From positions 32,001 through 96,000 of the IMG/VR virus record IMGVR_UViG_3300021594_000641: a stretch of DNA of 64,000 bases; one strand, given 5' to 3'. This DNA is from a virus. This document shows, piece by piece, positions 17,504-25,611 of the stretch. Made by a program: the position numbers and the translations under genes. The notes under the pieces are model-generated. The model had not been told where the DNA came from. It made no database searches and saw only the letters and a program-made list of their open reading frames with translations. Numbering within the stretch: the first letter of the stretch is position 1; the number at the start of each line of letters is the position of its first letter.

Positions 17504-18591
17504 TATGCATGTTTACCTGGCTTAGCGTTAATATCCATGGCCAGCTCTACTATAACCCTCGAGCCTTCACCAAAGAGTTGCCTAAATTTAAGCTTGCTGG
17601 CGCTTACAAAGTCTTTTTCTTCTATGACTACTTGAGTGCAGTTTTTCTTTTTTACTAAAGCTACTTTAGGCTCTTTTAAAACCAGCCTCTTAGGGTTTAA
17701 AAGACCCCAGCCATAGTCATTGTCAAATCCGTTTGTTCCGGCATCTGTAGCGCTGGCTTTGACTGCTTCTATGAAATCTCTTGAAGACTTCAAAGAGCGA
17801 GACTTTTTCTTCCGGTCATACTCTAAAGCCAAAGCGGCTACGCCTGCAACAAAAGGAGTAGCCATAGAAGTACCAGAAAGTTTGGCGTAGTTCTTAGGAG
17901 GGTATGCTGACAAGATGTCTACCCCAGGGGCCGCTACGTCTACTTGCGGACCTCTGCTTGAGAACTTAGCTATTCTGTTGTTAGAGTCTACAGCGGCTAC
18001 GGATAGAACCGTCTCATACCTTGCCGGGTATCCAACAGTTTCAGGGTCAGGGCCTTCGTTACCAGCAGCTGCGATTAGGATAACTCCTTTACTAGCCGCG
18101 TATTTCAAAGCTGCTTCAATGTCAGGGCAAGAAGACGGAGAGCCAAAACTCATAGAAATTATGTCAGCCTTTTGAGACACGGCCCACTTGATACCAGCGA
18201 CTATATTTTTGGTAGAGCCTCCTCCTGAGTCAGACAAAACTTTTCCAACTATAAGGCAGGCATCAGGAGCCACTCCTACTATTCCTACCCCATTCTTCTT
18301 AGCCGCGATTACTCCACAGCAGTGTGTGCCGTGTCCGTTTGAATCTCCAGGGCCTACAGGACTTTTTGTAAAATCTTTATGGGCGCATATCTGTTCTTTT
18401 AAATCTGGATGCAGCATGGCGCATCCGGTGTCCAGAACGGCAACCTTTATACCTTTGCCTGTGGCGTGCTGCCACAATTCAGGTATGCCAAAAGCCGTTA
18501 AACTCCAGTCCATAGTTTCTGAGCACGTCGATACGAAATGCTCAACCGAAAAGGATGGAATTTTAAAATCTGGAACACCGGGCCTAGCCAT
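17503..18591 (-). CDS. Subtilisin-like serine protease (peptidase S8)
   Basis: Complete catalytic set: VAVLDTG (Asp), GHGTHC (His), AAAGNEG (oxyanion Asn), SGTSMATP (Ser). No signal peptide. Confidence 0.95.
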   Translation of the reverse strand: MARPGVPDFKIPSFSVEHFVSTCSETMDWSLTAFGIPELWQHATGKGIKVAVLDTGCAMLHPDLKEQICAHKDFTKSPVGPGDSNGHGTHCCGVIAAKKNGVGIVGVAPDACLIVGKVLSDSGGGSTKNIVAGIKWAVSQKADIISMSFGSPSSCPDIEAALKYAASKGVILIAAAGNEGPDPETVGYPARYETVLSVAAVDSNNRIAKFSSRGPQVDVAAPGVDILSAYPPKNYAKLSGTSMATPFVAGVAALALEYDRKKKSRSLKSSRDFIEAVKASATDAGTNGFDNDYGWGLLNPKRLVLKEPKVALVKKKNCTQVVIEEKDFVSASKLKFRQLFGEGSRVIVELAMDINAKPGKHA

Positions 18592-18601
18592 TTTGCTTAT
18601 C

Positions 18602-18922
18602 TCACTTTTTGGTAAGCCAGATAGTAATCAACTTAACTATCACGGGCAGCAACCAAAGAGGAATGGCTTTGGCGGAATGACCGCCGTCCAACACGCCTTG
18701 CAGCGCATCGGCAACCTTCTTCTTGGTAACTCTTCCTTCAGGAACCTTGTTTTGCAGGGTTACTTGGGAATCACCAAAAGTTTCAACTAGCCATTGGGCT
18801 ACCTTAAGCCCCAAATTAATAGCTTTCCACTTATCGAATCCGTCCTTGCTATTGAGAAGGTCGATGAACTCTTTTATGAGTTCTGTTGGAATAGCCACCT
18901 TGGTCTCAAACTCTGCTGACAT
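18602..18922 (-). CDS. Small protein with C-terminal hydrophobic/amphipathic cationic helix
   Basis: 106 aa, GGAGG RBS, ends AIPLWLLPVIVKLITIWLTKK. Confidence 0.7.
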   Translation of the reverse strand: MSAEFETKVAIPTELIKEFIDLLNSKDGFDKWKAINLGLKVAQWLVETFGDSQVTLQNKVPEGRVTKKKVADALQGVLDGGHSAKAIPLWLLPVIVKLITIWLTKK

Positions 18923-18998
18923 AACTAACCTCCCTATTCTGCAGCTAAAGCTGCTTTACAATCCTAGCACAGCCAGCAAACGATTTCTAGCCTTGTTA

Positions 18999-20651
18999 TT
19001 ACGCTAATGAAGTATCAGAGTTTTTAATGTAAATACCTATGTCGTCTGGACTTAGAATAAAAACAACAGTTTTAGCCGATATCATGTTTTCATGATCTTC
19101 AGGAATTATTAGTGATTCAAAGCTTCTTAAGTATTTTTTTGTTAAGTCAGACTTTTGTATTGCGCCAAACATTTCTATAGCGCTAACCGTTTGGTTTTGA
19201 GCCAAATAACTATGAATGGTGGACTGGAGTATTGAAGCCGATAGTTTTCCGCAAAACCCCAGCTTGTTAACTCTATTAGCTAAAGCGTTTTTAATTGCTG
19301 ATTCGTCTATGTTAGAGTCGGTTGACTTTTTAAATATTGTAAAAGATAACTTTAGATCGCACGGTATTGCAGCTTTTACTAGAACGTCTCCTCCGGCAGG
19401 CCTAACATCACGACTGCTCAAAAAACTCTGTATGTTCTGTAAAAGATTCATTCCCCGAGCGTATATTGAATATTCAGCAGTAGCGCCTTCTGTTAAGCCA
19501 GGCGCAGTCTCTAAGTCTATAAACCTTATAATTGCAGTTTGATAAGGAGAATAGGCAGCCTCCTTGCTATTAACTATGTCAGGCACAAAAGAAGAACCGT
19601 CTTCGGATATGTCGTAACCTCTGATGTCTTCGTACACCCCTAAACCTGTTTCTGAAGCACTGTCTACCACAGTTGCTTTTATTATTTTTTCTATGTTGTA
19701 AAACCCAGGCACGTCATTCCTGGATATGGATACTTGCCACAAGCCTCCGCCGCCTTCTCTTCCTATTAGAGTAGCCGTCTTTGTTATTTTTCTTGAGGTT
19801 GGCAGCTGTTGGCTTCTTATATAAACATCAAGTCTGTTGCCAGTAGCCGTGGGAAGAATGCTGTGGTAGCGAATTTGTTCTGGATCACCAAATCCTATAG
19901 TCGATACGTCTAGAACCGTTTTGAAAGAAGTGTTTTCTTTTATGCAAGATTCTATTGTTGCCCTGTTTGACAAATCCCTAGCAGATATCCCTGTCTGAAG
20001 TCTCTTTACAAAATCTGAGTTAGACTCATAATCTGAACCGCCTGAAAAGTCAGACTCTGCATAGGCAGTTAAGAAGTAAGGTATAGCCGAGTCTGACTCT
20101 AAAGAAGTGTTTCTTTTTATGTTTGCCGTTACAGAATTAGTAGTAGACACGGCGTCGATCACATAATAGTATGTGCCGTCTCCAACAGGCTTTATAAGCC
20201 TGTCGTTGAAATTAACTACCTGGTCTGCAGAAGTCCTAGCGAAGAAAGACTGCAGAGGCGCATAAGTGTTACCCAGAGATGAAAAGGTATTTGATGTAGA
20301 CACACTAGACGGTACTAGCGCGCTTATCACTATGACTATTTTTCCTGAAGCCGGAGAACCTTCAAACCTTACTGCTCTAAAGTTTGAGGCCAGTTGATCA
20401 ACAACGTCGTCAACAGCGAGAGTTGGGTCGTTGTTTATAGCTAGAAGAGAGCCTGACTTCCTAAGCCTGTCAGCATACTCGTCCTGAGCTGTTTGCAGTA
20501 TTGCCTCAAAATGAAAAAGGATATCGTGCAGAACGCCTCTCTTGCTGTCTATGCTTGGGGCGTACTCAGTAATTTTTTGCGCTATGTAAGCGTGCGCCTG
20601 GTTTACGGCATCTGAGTTTAAAGTTGTCAGATCAGGTAAAGTTATAGCCAT
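18999..20651 (-). CDS. Baseplate J-like protein (gp6/gpJ)
   Basis: ITEYAPSIDSKRGVLHDIL, FSGGSDYESNSDFVKRL, VSTIGFGDPEQIR and GNRLDVYIR motifs; follows the gp25-like gene. Confidence 0.85.
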   Translation of the reverse strand: MAITLPDLTTLNSDAVNQAHAYIAQKITEYAPSIDSKRGVLHDILFHFEAILQTAQDEYADRLRKSGSLLAINNDPTLAVDDVVDQLASNFRAVRFEGSPASGKIVIVISALVPSSVSTSNTFSSLGNTYAPLQSFFARTSADQVVNFNDRLIKPVGDGTYYYVIDAVSTTNSVTANIKRNTSLESDSAIPYFLTAYAESDFSGGSDYESNSDFVKRLQTGISARDLSNRATIESCIKENTSFKTVLDVSTIGFGDPEQIRYHSILPTATGNRLDVYIRSQQLPTSRKITKTATLIGREGGGGLWQVSISRNDVPGFYNIEKIIKATVVDSASETGLGVYEDIRGYDISEDGSSFVPDIVNSKEAAYSPYQTAIIRFIDLETAPGLTEGATAEYSIYARGMNLLQNIQSFLSSRDVRPAGGDVLVKAAIPCDLKLSFTIFKKSTDSNIDESAIKNALANRVNKLGFCGKLSASILQSTIHSYLAQNQTVSAIEMFGAIQKSDLTKKYLRSFESLIIPEDHENMISAKTVVFILSPDDIGIYIKNSDTSLA

Positions 20652-21127
20652 TAGATAATACCTGCCGTTACTTTTATGGGTAGAGTCAACTTTCTTGAAA
20701 AACCCATCAAGTTAAATAACGAGACGTTTAAAACCAAAGACACTCCAGGTCTTACGGCAAAACTATCTAAGTGAGCGTCTCTATACCTGTCTTCTGGGTC
20801 GTCTGTCTCTGACTCTTCTATAAGCAGATTAGTTGCTACCTGTGACCTAGCTTCAGCAAAATAAGTATTTACAGCCAAGTCGTTTCGTATGAATCCGGCA
20901 GAGAAATTGTTTATGAAAGAAGATCCTCTGTTTGGCAGATAGGGTATTGAACCTCTTGGCGTCAAGAATTCTATAGTCCATCTTTGCGCCAACTTTTCTA
21001 TTCCAGTACAGATGTAGCCGCTATTGGTATTGTCCGACAACACTTGGCTCAGCTGTCTGTTTGCGGCAGAAGGCTGAAAAGCCAATATGTCTATGGTCTT
21101 ACCGACATAGTCAGCGACTGTGCTCAT
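20651..21127 (-). CDS. Baseplate wedge gp25/gpW-like sheath initiator
   Basis: TGIEKLAQRWTIEFLTPRGSIPYLPNRGS motif; precedes baseplate J. Confidence 0.8.
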   Translation of the reverse strand: MSTVADYVGKTIDILAFQPSAANRQLSQVLSDNTNSGYICTGIEKLAQRWTIEFLTPRGSIPYLPNRGSSFINNFSAGFIRNDLAVNTYFAEARSQVATNLLIEESETDDPEDRYRDAHLDSFAVRPGVSLVLNVSLFNLMGFSRKLTLPIKVTAGII

Positions 21128-21129
21128 TC

Positions 21130-21564
21130 TTACTGGCCTCTAGCGAGCTTTTCGTTTGCGTACTCTATGGAAGACTCTCTCAACACATACTTTGCCGCGT
21201 TCTTCCTTCTATTAGCCGCAAATAGCTCAGCCCTTATTGAGTTAGCGTGCCTTGTTCTAAACGCTCTGTCCATGGCAGCCATGTAGTCGTTTTGAAACCT
21301 TAAAACCATAGACGAGGCTTTTGTTCCTGGATCGTCTATGTCTAAAGCTTTTGAAAATAAAGAGTTTGTATGCTCCCTGTTAAAAGCGCTTTTCATTCCA
21401 GATACATCAGACATGTCTCCTTCCCAGCTGCCAGACATCCACACCCTGCCAACTCCCGTCAGGCTAGCCTCGTAACATTTCTGGTTTTGTTCTGACAACT
21501 TATCTATTTGATTAACCAAGTCCTGGCTAATAGAGCCCACGTTGGTGCCTGTTTTTGAAGACAT
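21130..21564 (-). CDS. Hypothetical protein
   Basis: 144-aa ORF with GAGG RBS inside the operon. Confidence 0.6.
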   Translation of the reverse strand: MSSKTGTNVGSISQDLVNQIDKLSEQNQKCYEASLTGVGRVWMSGSWEGDMSDVSGMKSAFNREHTNSLFSKALDIDDPGTKASSMVLRFQNDYMAAMDRAFRTRHANSIRAELFAANRRKNAAKYVLRESSIEYANEKLARGQ

Positions 21565-21571
21565 GCTATCC

Positions 21572-22405
21572 TCACATGAGTCTTATGTCTGATTGCTTGT
21601 CTAGTTCAGCTTGAATCTTTTTCTTTCTAATGCTTACAGCTGCTGGCGTCACTCTAAGTTTTTTAGCTATAGCTTCATTAGACAACACAGGACTTCCGAA
21701 CATTCCAAAAGCGCCTTCCATAATTATTTTATCAGTATCAGATGCTCCATAATAAACTAACTGCCTCCACCCATCCGCGCTGCTGGTATCCTTCATTAGC
21801 CTTACGCCTGGATCGTTGAAGTCTTCGCTTTCTGATCCGGCCATAGGCTTCAAAACTGTTCCTTCGCTAGAAGGCATCCTTAACTTTCTTACGTACTCAA
21901 TTCTTTTTGGAGAAAGCCCTGTCTTGTCAGCCAGCTCACTTAAAGACGGGTGTCTTCCCAATTCTTCTTTTAATTCATCCTCTGCTTTGAAAAGACCTAC
22001 GTAGTCTAACTGCACTTGTTCAGGAATACTTATTATCTGATTGCTTTGCAGAGTAAATCTTTTCAATCCTTGCAGCTGATTAAACACAAATGTTTTTAAC
22101 TTAGTCTTTGACGGGTCGTACCTGTGAAGAGAGTCTATGACTATTTGTTTAGCCTTGCTCCCAACCATAGGGTTTGACGAGCTTCCAGCGTAAGTTTTAA
22201 CGGCTGTATCTATTACGGGTTTCAAAGCCTTTAAAACTCTGTCGTTGTTAGCTATGTCAGGATTTCTTTTCCAATCTTCATATATTTTATTATATTCAGG
22301 CTCAAGGCTTATAGTCGGCTGAGCGGGCGCAGTTCCAGGAGGCCTAGGTCCGCCTGTTGGCTGACTAGGGTTACCTACTCCAGGTATGTTGTACATCCCA
22401 GGCAT
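21572..22405 (-). CDS. Sigma-70 family (FliA/SigB-like) RNA polymerase sigma factor, divergent
   Basis: Region 2-like RYDPSKTKLKTFV; region 3 ELKEELGRHPSLSELADKTGLS; region 4 HTH LSNEAIAKKLRVTPAAVSIRKKKI. Start moved to ATG 22405 (AAGGA RBS). Confidence 0.8.
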   Translation of the reverse strand: MPGMYNIPGVGNPSQPTGGPRPPGTAPAQPTISLEPEYNKIYEDWKRNPDIANNDRVLKALKPVIDTAVKTYAGSSSNPMVGSKAKQIVIDSLHRYDPSKTKLKTFVFNQLQGLKRFTLQSNQIISIPEQVQLDYVGLFKAEDELKEELGRHPSLSELADKTGLSPKRIEYVRKLRMPSSEGTVLKPMAGSESEDFNDPGVRLMKDTSSADGWRQLVYYGASDTDKIIMEGAFGMFGSPVLSNEAIAKKLRVTPAAVSIRKKKIQAELDKQSDIRLM

Positions 22406-22416
22406 AGGTCCATCCT

Positions 22417-24066
22417 TTAAACAAGAGAAGTACCGCTCCAAACCGTATCATAAAGCGGATTGGAATCAAAAACTAGATCCGTGTCGTTATTCTCTGATTC
22501 TGTCCTTACGCTACTTAAAGAAAATGAAGTCATTGCCGTAGCTGAAGTTGAATCAAGGATAAGATTCACTTCATTGACCATACCTAGAAAGTCATTAACG
22601 TTAGTAGTATCGTTTTGTATGCCTCTTGCTCCTGAAGCTTCAATCTTAACTATGGAGCCTGGAGATATATCCATTCTAAACTTTCCAGAAAAGGTGCCGG
22701 CTCTAAATTTAAGAACTTCATTGCCATAAGACAGTTTGGCGAACCTAGCGGCTGTAGACTCTATAGCTTGTAGGTTATTTTTTATTCCATCGTTATTTAT
22801 TTCAGGAGCAGACCCGTCTATTCTAACTTGACCAGGTCCTTGTTTAGTTGCTTCAGCTGGATCTACTATGTTGTCTAGCCAAGTAGGTCTCTTGTGTATT
22901 ACGAAAGTTCCTGTTCCCTTATCTGATTTAAAGTGAGCAGCTCCTAATAACCTTTCTCCTAAAAAAGCTCCAGCTTCGCTAACGTGGCTTACTGGCATTA
23001 GCACGCCTCGTATAAGCCTAGGCATTGATGTAGTTATATCAAAGTTAGTTATTTCTGTAGCTTTTACGGTTATAAGAGAATTTTTATAATTTGGAAGTTT
23101 GGGCGTCAGTACAGCTCTAGACACTAGAGGAACTACATTGAACATGAAAGAAGCGCCCGCAGACACCAGTATGTCCCAAAAAGTTTGACCGTCTATTCCG
23201 CCTATGGCTGTTTTCTTTAAAGTGTTTACTATATTTATTTGAATTTGTTGAGACGTAGCAGTTTTTGAAGATAAGCTCAAAGCCACATATCCGTCTTCTC
23301 CTGGCTTTAAAAATCTTTCTACAGCTTTAAGCCCTATGTTGTTTACATCCGTATTAGCGGGAACGGCAAACAACGCGGCTAAGTCAGGAGGTAAGCTGCT
23401 AGTAGCTGTATAAAAGTCGTTTTGACCGATTATTACACTTCCAGCTATTCCATTGAAAAACCTATACAGGCCCTTAGCCCATAAGTCAGAAGGGGTCTCG
23501 CTTATTGAAAAATACTTGTCAGCCCTGTTACTGAGCACTCCAGCGCTTGAAGCTCTTGTTTCACAAGGGAATAAATGAGTGAAAGGAGTTCCAGGCTGTA
23601 GTTCTGGCGTAAGAGCTGTAGAAGCTGTCATGTCAGACAGCCAGTGTTCTAAAGATATAGTGTATTCTACGCTAGCAGAGCCTCTTCTATACCCAGCTCC
23701 AGAAGTATAACCTTCAAAAGCAACAAAATATCCTATGTCAGTTATCTTGTCTTTTGTAACGTCTAAACCAGCTGACTCGTATCCCTTATTCAGTTTTACA
23801 AAAACTTTAGCTTTTTTCTTGTAAGTAAGGTTTTGAAATACCTCATGTATCTTTGCCGTCTTACTGGGGTTCGACATGTCCAAACCCATGGACACGCCGC
23901 ATGACGCTGTAGGTATTCCGTTCAAAGAATAATTAGCCGTAAACCTTATTATGTCTAATTGAACTAAGTTAGGCGCTGGAGCAGCTCCGCCTATGGGATA
24001 GTCAGCCAAGTCTATTTCTAAGTAAGCTTCAAATAGTACTTGTTGAATTGCTTGATTACTTGACAT
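22417..24066 (-). CDS. Baseplate hub protein (gp27/gpD-like)
   Basis: 549 aa, downstream of the tape measure; C-terminal FSGKFRMDISPGSIVKIE...GMVNEVNL hub-type signature. Confidence 0.65.
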   Translation of the reverse strand: MSSNQAIQQVLFEAYLEIDLADYPIGGAAPAPNLVQLDIIRFTANYSLNGIPTASCGVSMGLDMSNPSKTAKIHEVFQNLTYKKKAKVFVKLNKGYESAGLDVTKDKITDIGYFVAFEGYTSGAGYRRGSASVEYTISLEHWLSDMTASTALTPELQPGTPFTHLFPCETRASSAGVLSNRADKYFSISETPSDLWAKGLYRFFNGIAGSVIIGQNDFYTATSSLPPDLAALFAVPANTDVNNIGLKAVERFLKPGEDGYVALSLSSKTATSQQIQINIVNTLKKTAIGGIDGQTFWDILVSAGASFMFNVVPLVSRAVLTPKLPNYKNSLITVKATEITNFDITTSMPRLIRGVLMPVSHVSEAGAFLGERLLGAAHFKSDKGTGTFVIHKRPTWLDNIVDPAEATKQGPGQVRIDGSAPEINNDGIKNNLQAIESTAARFAKLSYGNEVLKFRAGTFSGKFRMDISPGSIVKIEASGARGIQNDTTNVNDFLGMVNEVNLILDSTSATAMTSFSLSSVRTESENNDTDLVFDSNPLYDTVWSGTSLV

Positions 24067-24941
24067 TATCGTTGCTCTCTTTCTTCTTCAATTTTATAAG
24101 CGAGAGCTAGTGACACGGCAGCAACTCTATTTACGAACGAGTCGTCTTTAAACCATCTGGTTTTAAACTCTTCGTACTCAGGGTATTTTCCAGAGAATAT
24201 GTAATTTAAAGATTCAAGCGGCAGAGCGTCTAAGTTAGCTACGACTGAGGCTATGTTTATTAAAGGTTTTGAAAAAACGTCTAAATTCCAGGTAGTATAA
24301 TCGTACTCTCTTATCTTAACTGTCAAATCTGATTGTCTTAATGGTATAGCTTCAGATAACCCATTTTGAAAAGTTACAGTTCTGTTCTCTTCACTTACAG
24401 GAGCAGTCAAGCATTCTATGGTCATATAGTCAGAAGATTGGTAATACAAACGCCACTTATTTAAAGCTATGCCTTTGCCGTCATTAGGCTTAAAGTTTCC
24501 TGTGATAAATATAGCCAGGTCTTCTTCGTTATTTGCTCGTAAGAAATTTTCTTCGTTAGAGCTAAATACAAATGTGTTTTCTTTCTTTGTGTACGTTCCT
24601 TTTTTAGCCGTATTGTTTTGAATCTTGGTTACTTCTACTGAATCAAAACCCTTTATAAATTCTGACGCCTCGTAAGGGTCGTAAGTTATTCTTGAATCAA
24701 ACTTAGTAACGTGTTGGGAAAGGTCACTGGTATCCAGGCATCTGACTATTTCAAAAAGCCTGTAGTTCAAATAAGCTCTATCCGGTTCTTTTCCAAAAAT
24801 TGTCTGCCAAATGTTCTTACACAGGCCTGACATCTTTGCCGGTCTAAACCCTTCAGGCACGTATTCTTCTAGAGGGAAGTCTTCTCCAAAAGAGTTACTT
24901 CCAGACTGGTTTAACAACAATGTTCTTATGTGGTTTATCAT
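24066..24941 (-). CDS. Hypothetical tail/baseplate protein
   Basis: 291-aa ORF between the tube-like gene and the hub. Confidence 0.5.
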   Translation of the reverse strand: MINHIRTLLLNQSGSNSFGEDFPLEEYVPEGFRPAKMSGLCKNIWQTIFGKEPDRAYLNYRLFEIVRCLDTSDLSQHVTKFDSRITYDPYEASEFIKGFDSVEVTKIQNNTAKKGTYTKKENTFVFSSNEENFLRANNEEDLAIFITGNFKPNDGKGIALNKWRLYYQSSDYMTIECLTAPVSEENRTVTFQNGLSEAIPLRQSDLTVKIREYDYTTWNLDVFSKPLINIASVVANLDALPLESLNYIFSGKYPEYEEFKTRWFKDDSFVNRVAAVSLALAYKIEEEREQR

Positions 24942-24950
24942 GTCCGCGCC

Positions 24951-25601
24951 TTAAACCTGATTTGTTGTCTTGTCTTGGATGTAATACATGGTCAGATTGA
25001 ACGACCCAAGCATTTGTCTAGGATCCGTGATGCTTTGATTCAAGCTGCACAAGAAACATTTAAAGACTACGGTTTTGCCTCCTACAGAAGTAAGAGTTAG
25101 CGTGAGAGGATAATTGTAAGTTGAAATTCTGTAGGCTTGGTAGAACTCGTATACCCTATGGAAACCTGTAGTTGCAGCGGCAGTCGCGCTATTAGCGCAA
25201 CCTACTAAAAAGCATATACCGCTAACGCTCATCTGCCCTATTTTTTCACCGAAGGTGTATATGTAGTGCGTATTTCTCAGCGACGGCATGAACTGAACGT
25301 TGCATTCTTCATTTAAGTTTATTCCTGTGACGACAGAGGCCATTGTTCCAAACGCGCCTTCATTGCTAGAAAATACTACGTTGTTGTTTCCTCCTCCTCT
25401 ATCTGCTGTGATCGTTATAGTTAATACTTTGTCTTTTTCAGATACTGATCCTTGCATTACGCTACCTGGAGAACTAATAAATATATCTCCAGAAGGCTGA
25501 GCCTCTAAAAGACCTAGCAAAGTTTCAGCTACTTGTGCTTCTCCAGCAAGTACCTCTTCTATACCTCTTTGATTTATTTGGGCAGCGTCTAGAACAGCCA
25601 T
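24951..25601 (-). CDS. Tail tube initiator (tube paralog, gp48/gp54-like)
   Basis: VTGINLNEECNVQF...YIYTFGEKIGQMSVSG matches the tube gene motif VQSFQATYQQQVNQI...YYVVGRTQGTMTLG. Confidence 0.65.
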   Translation of the reverse strand: MAVLDAAQINQRGIEEVLAGEAQVAETLLGLLEAQPSGDIFISSPGSVMQGSVSEKDKVLTITITADRGGGNNNVVFSSNEGAFGTMASVVTGINLNEECNVQFMPSLRNTHYIYTFGEKIGQMSVSGICFLVGCANSATAAATTGFHRVYEFYQAYRISTYNYPLTLTLTSVGGKTVVFKCFLCSLNQSITDPRQMLGSFNLTMYYIQDKTTNQV

Positions 25602-25611
25602 GGCTTTATCC

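Noticed and set aside
17503-18591. Subtilisin as the enzyme that cuts the KxA sites
   Set aside because: A His/Ser prohead protease sits in the canonical position upstream of scaffold and MCP and is itself KxA-rich. The S8 gene lies ~26 kb away in the baseplate module. Not formally excluded.
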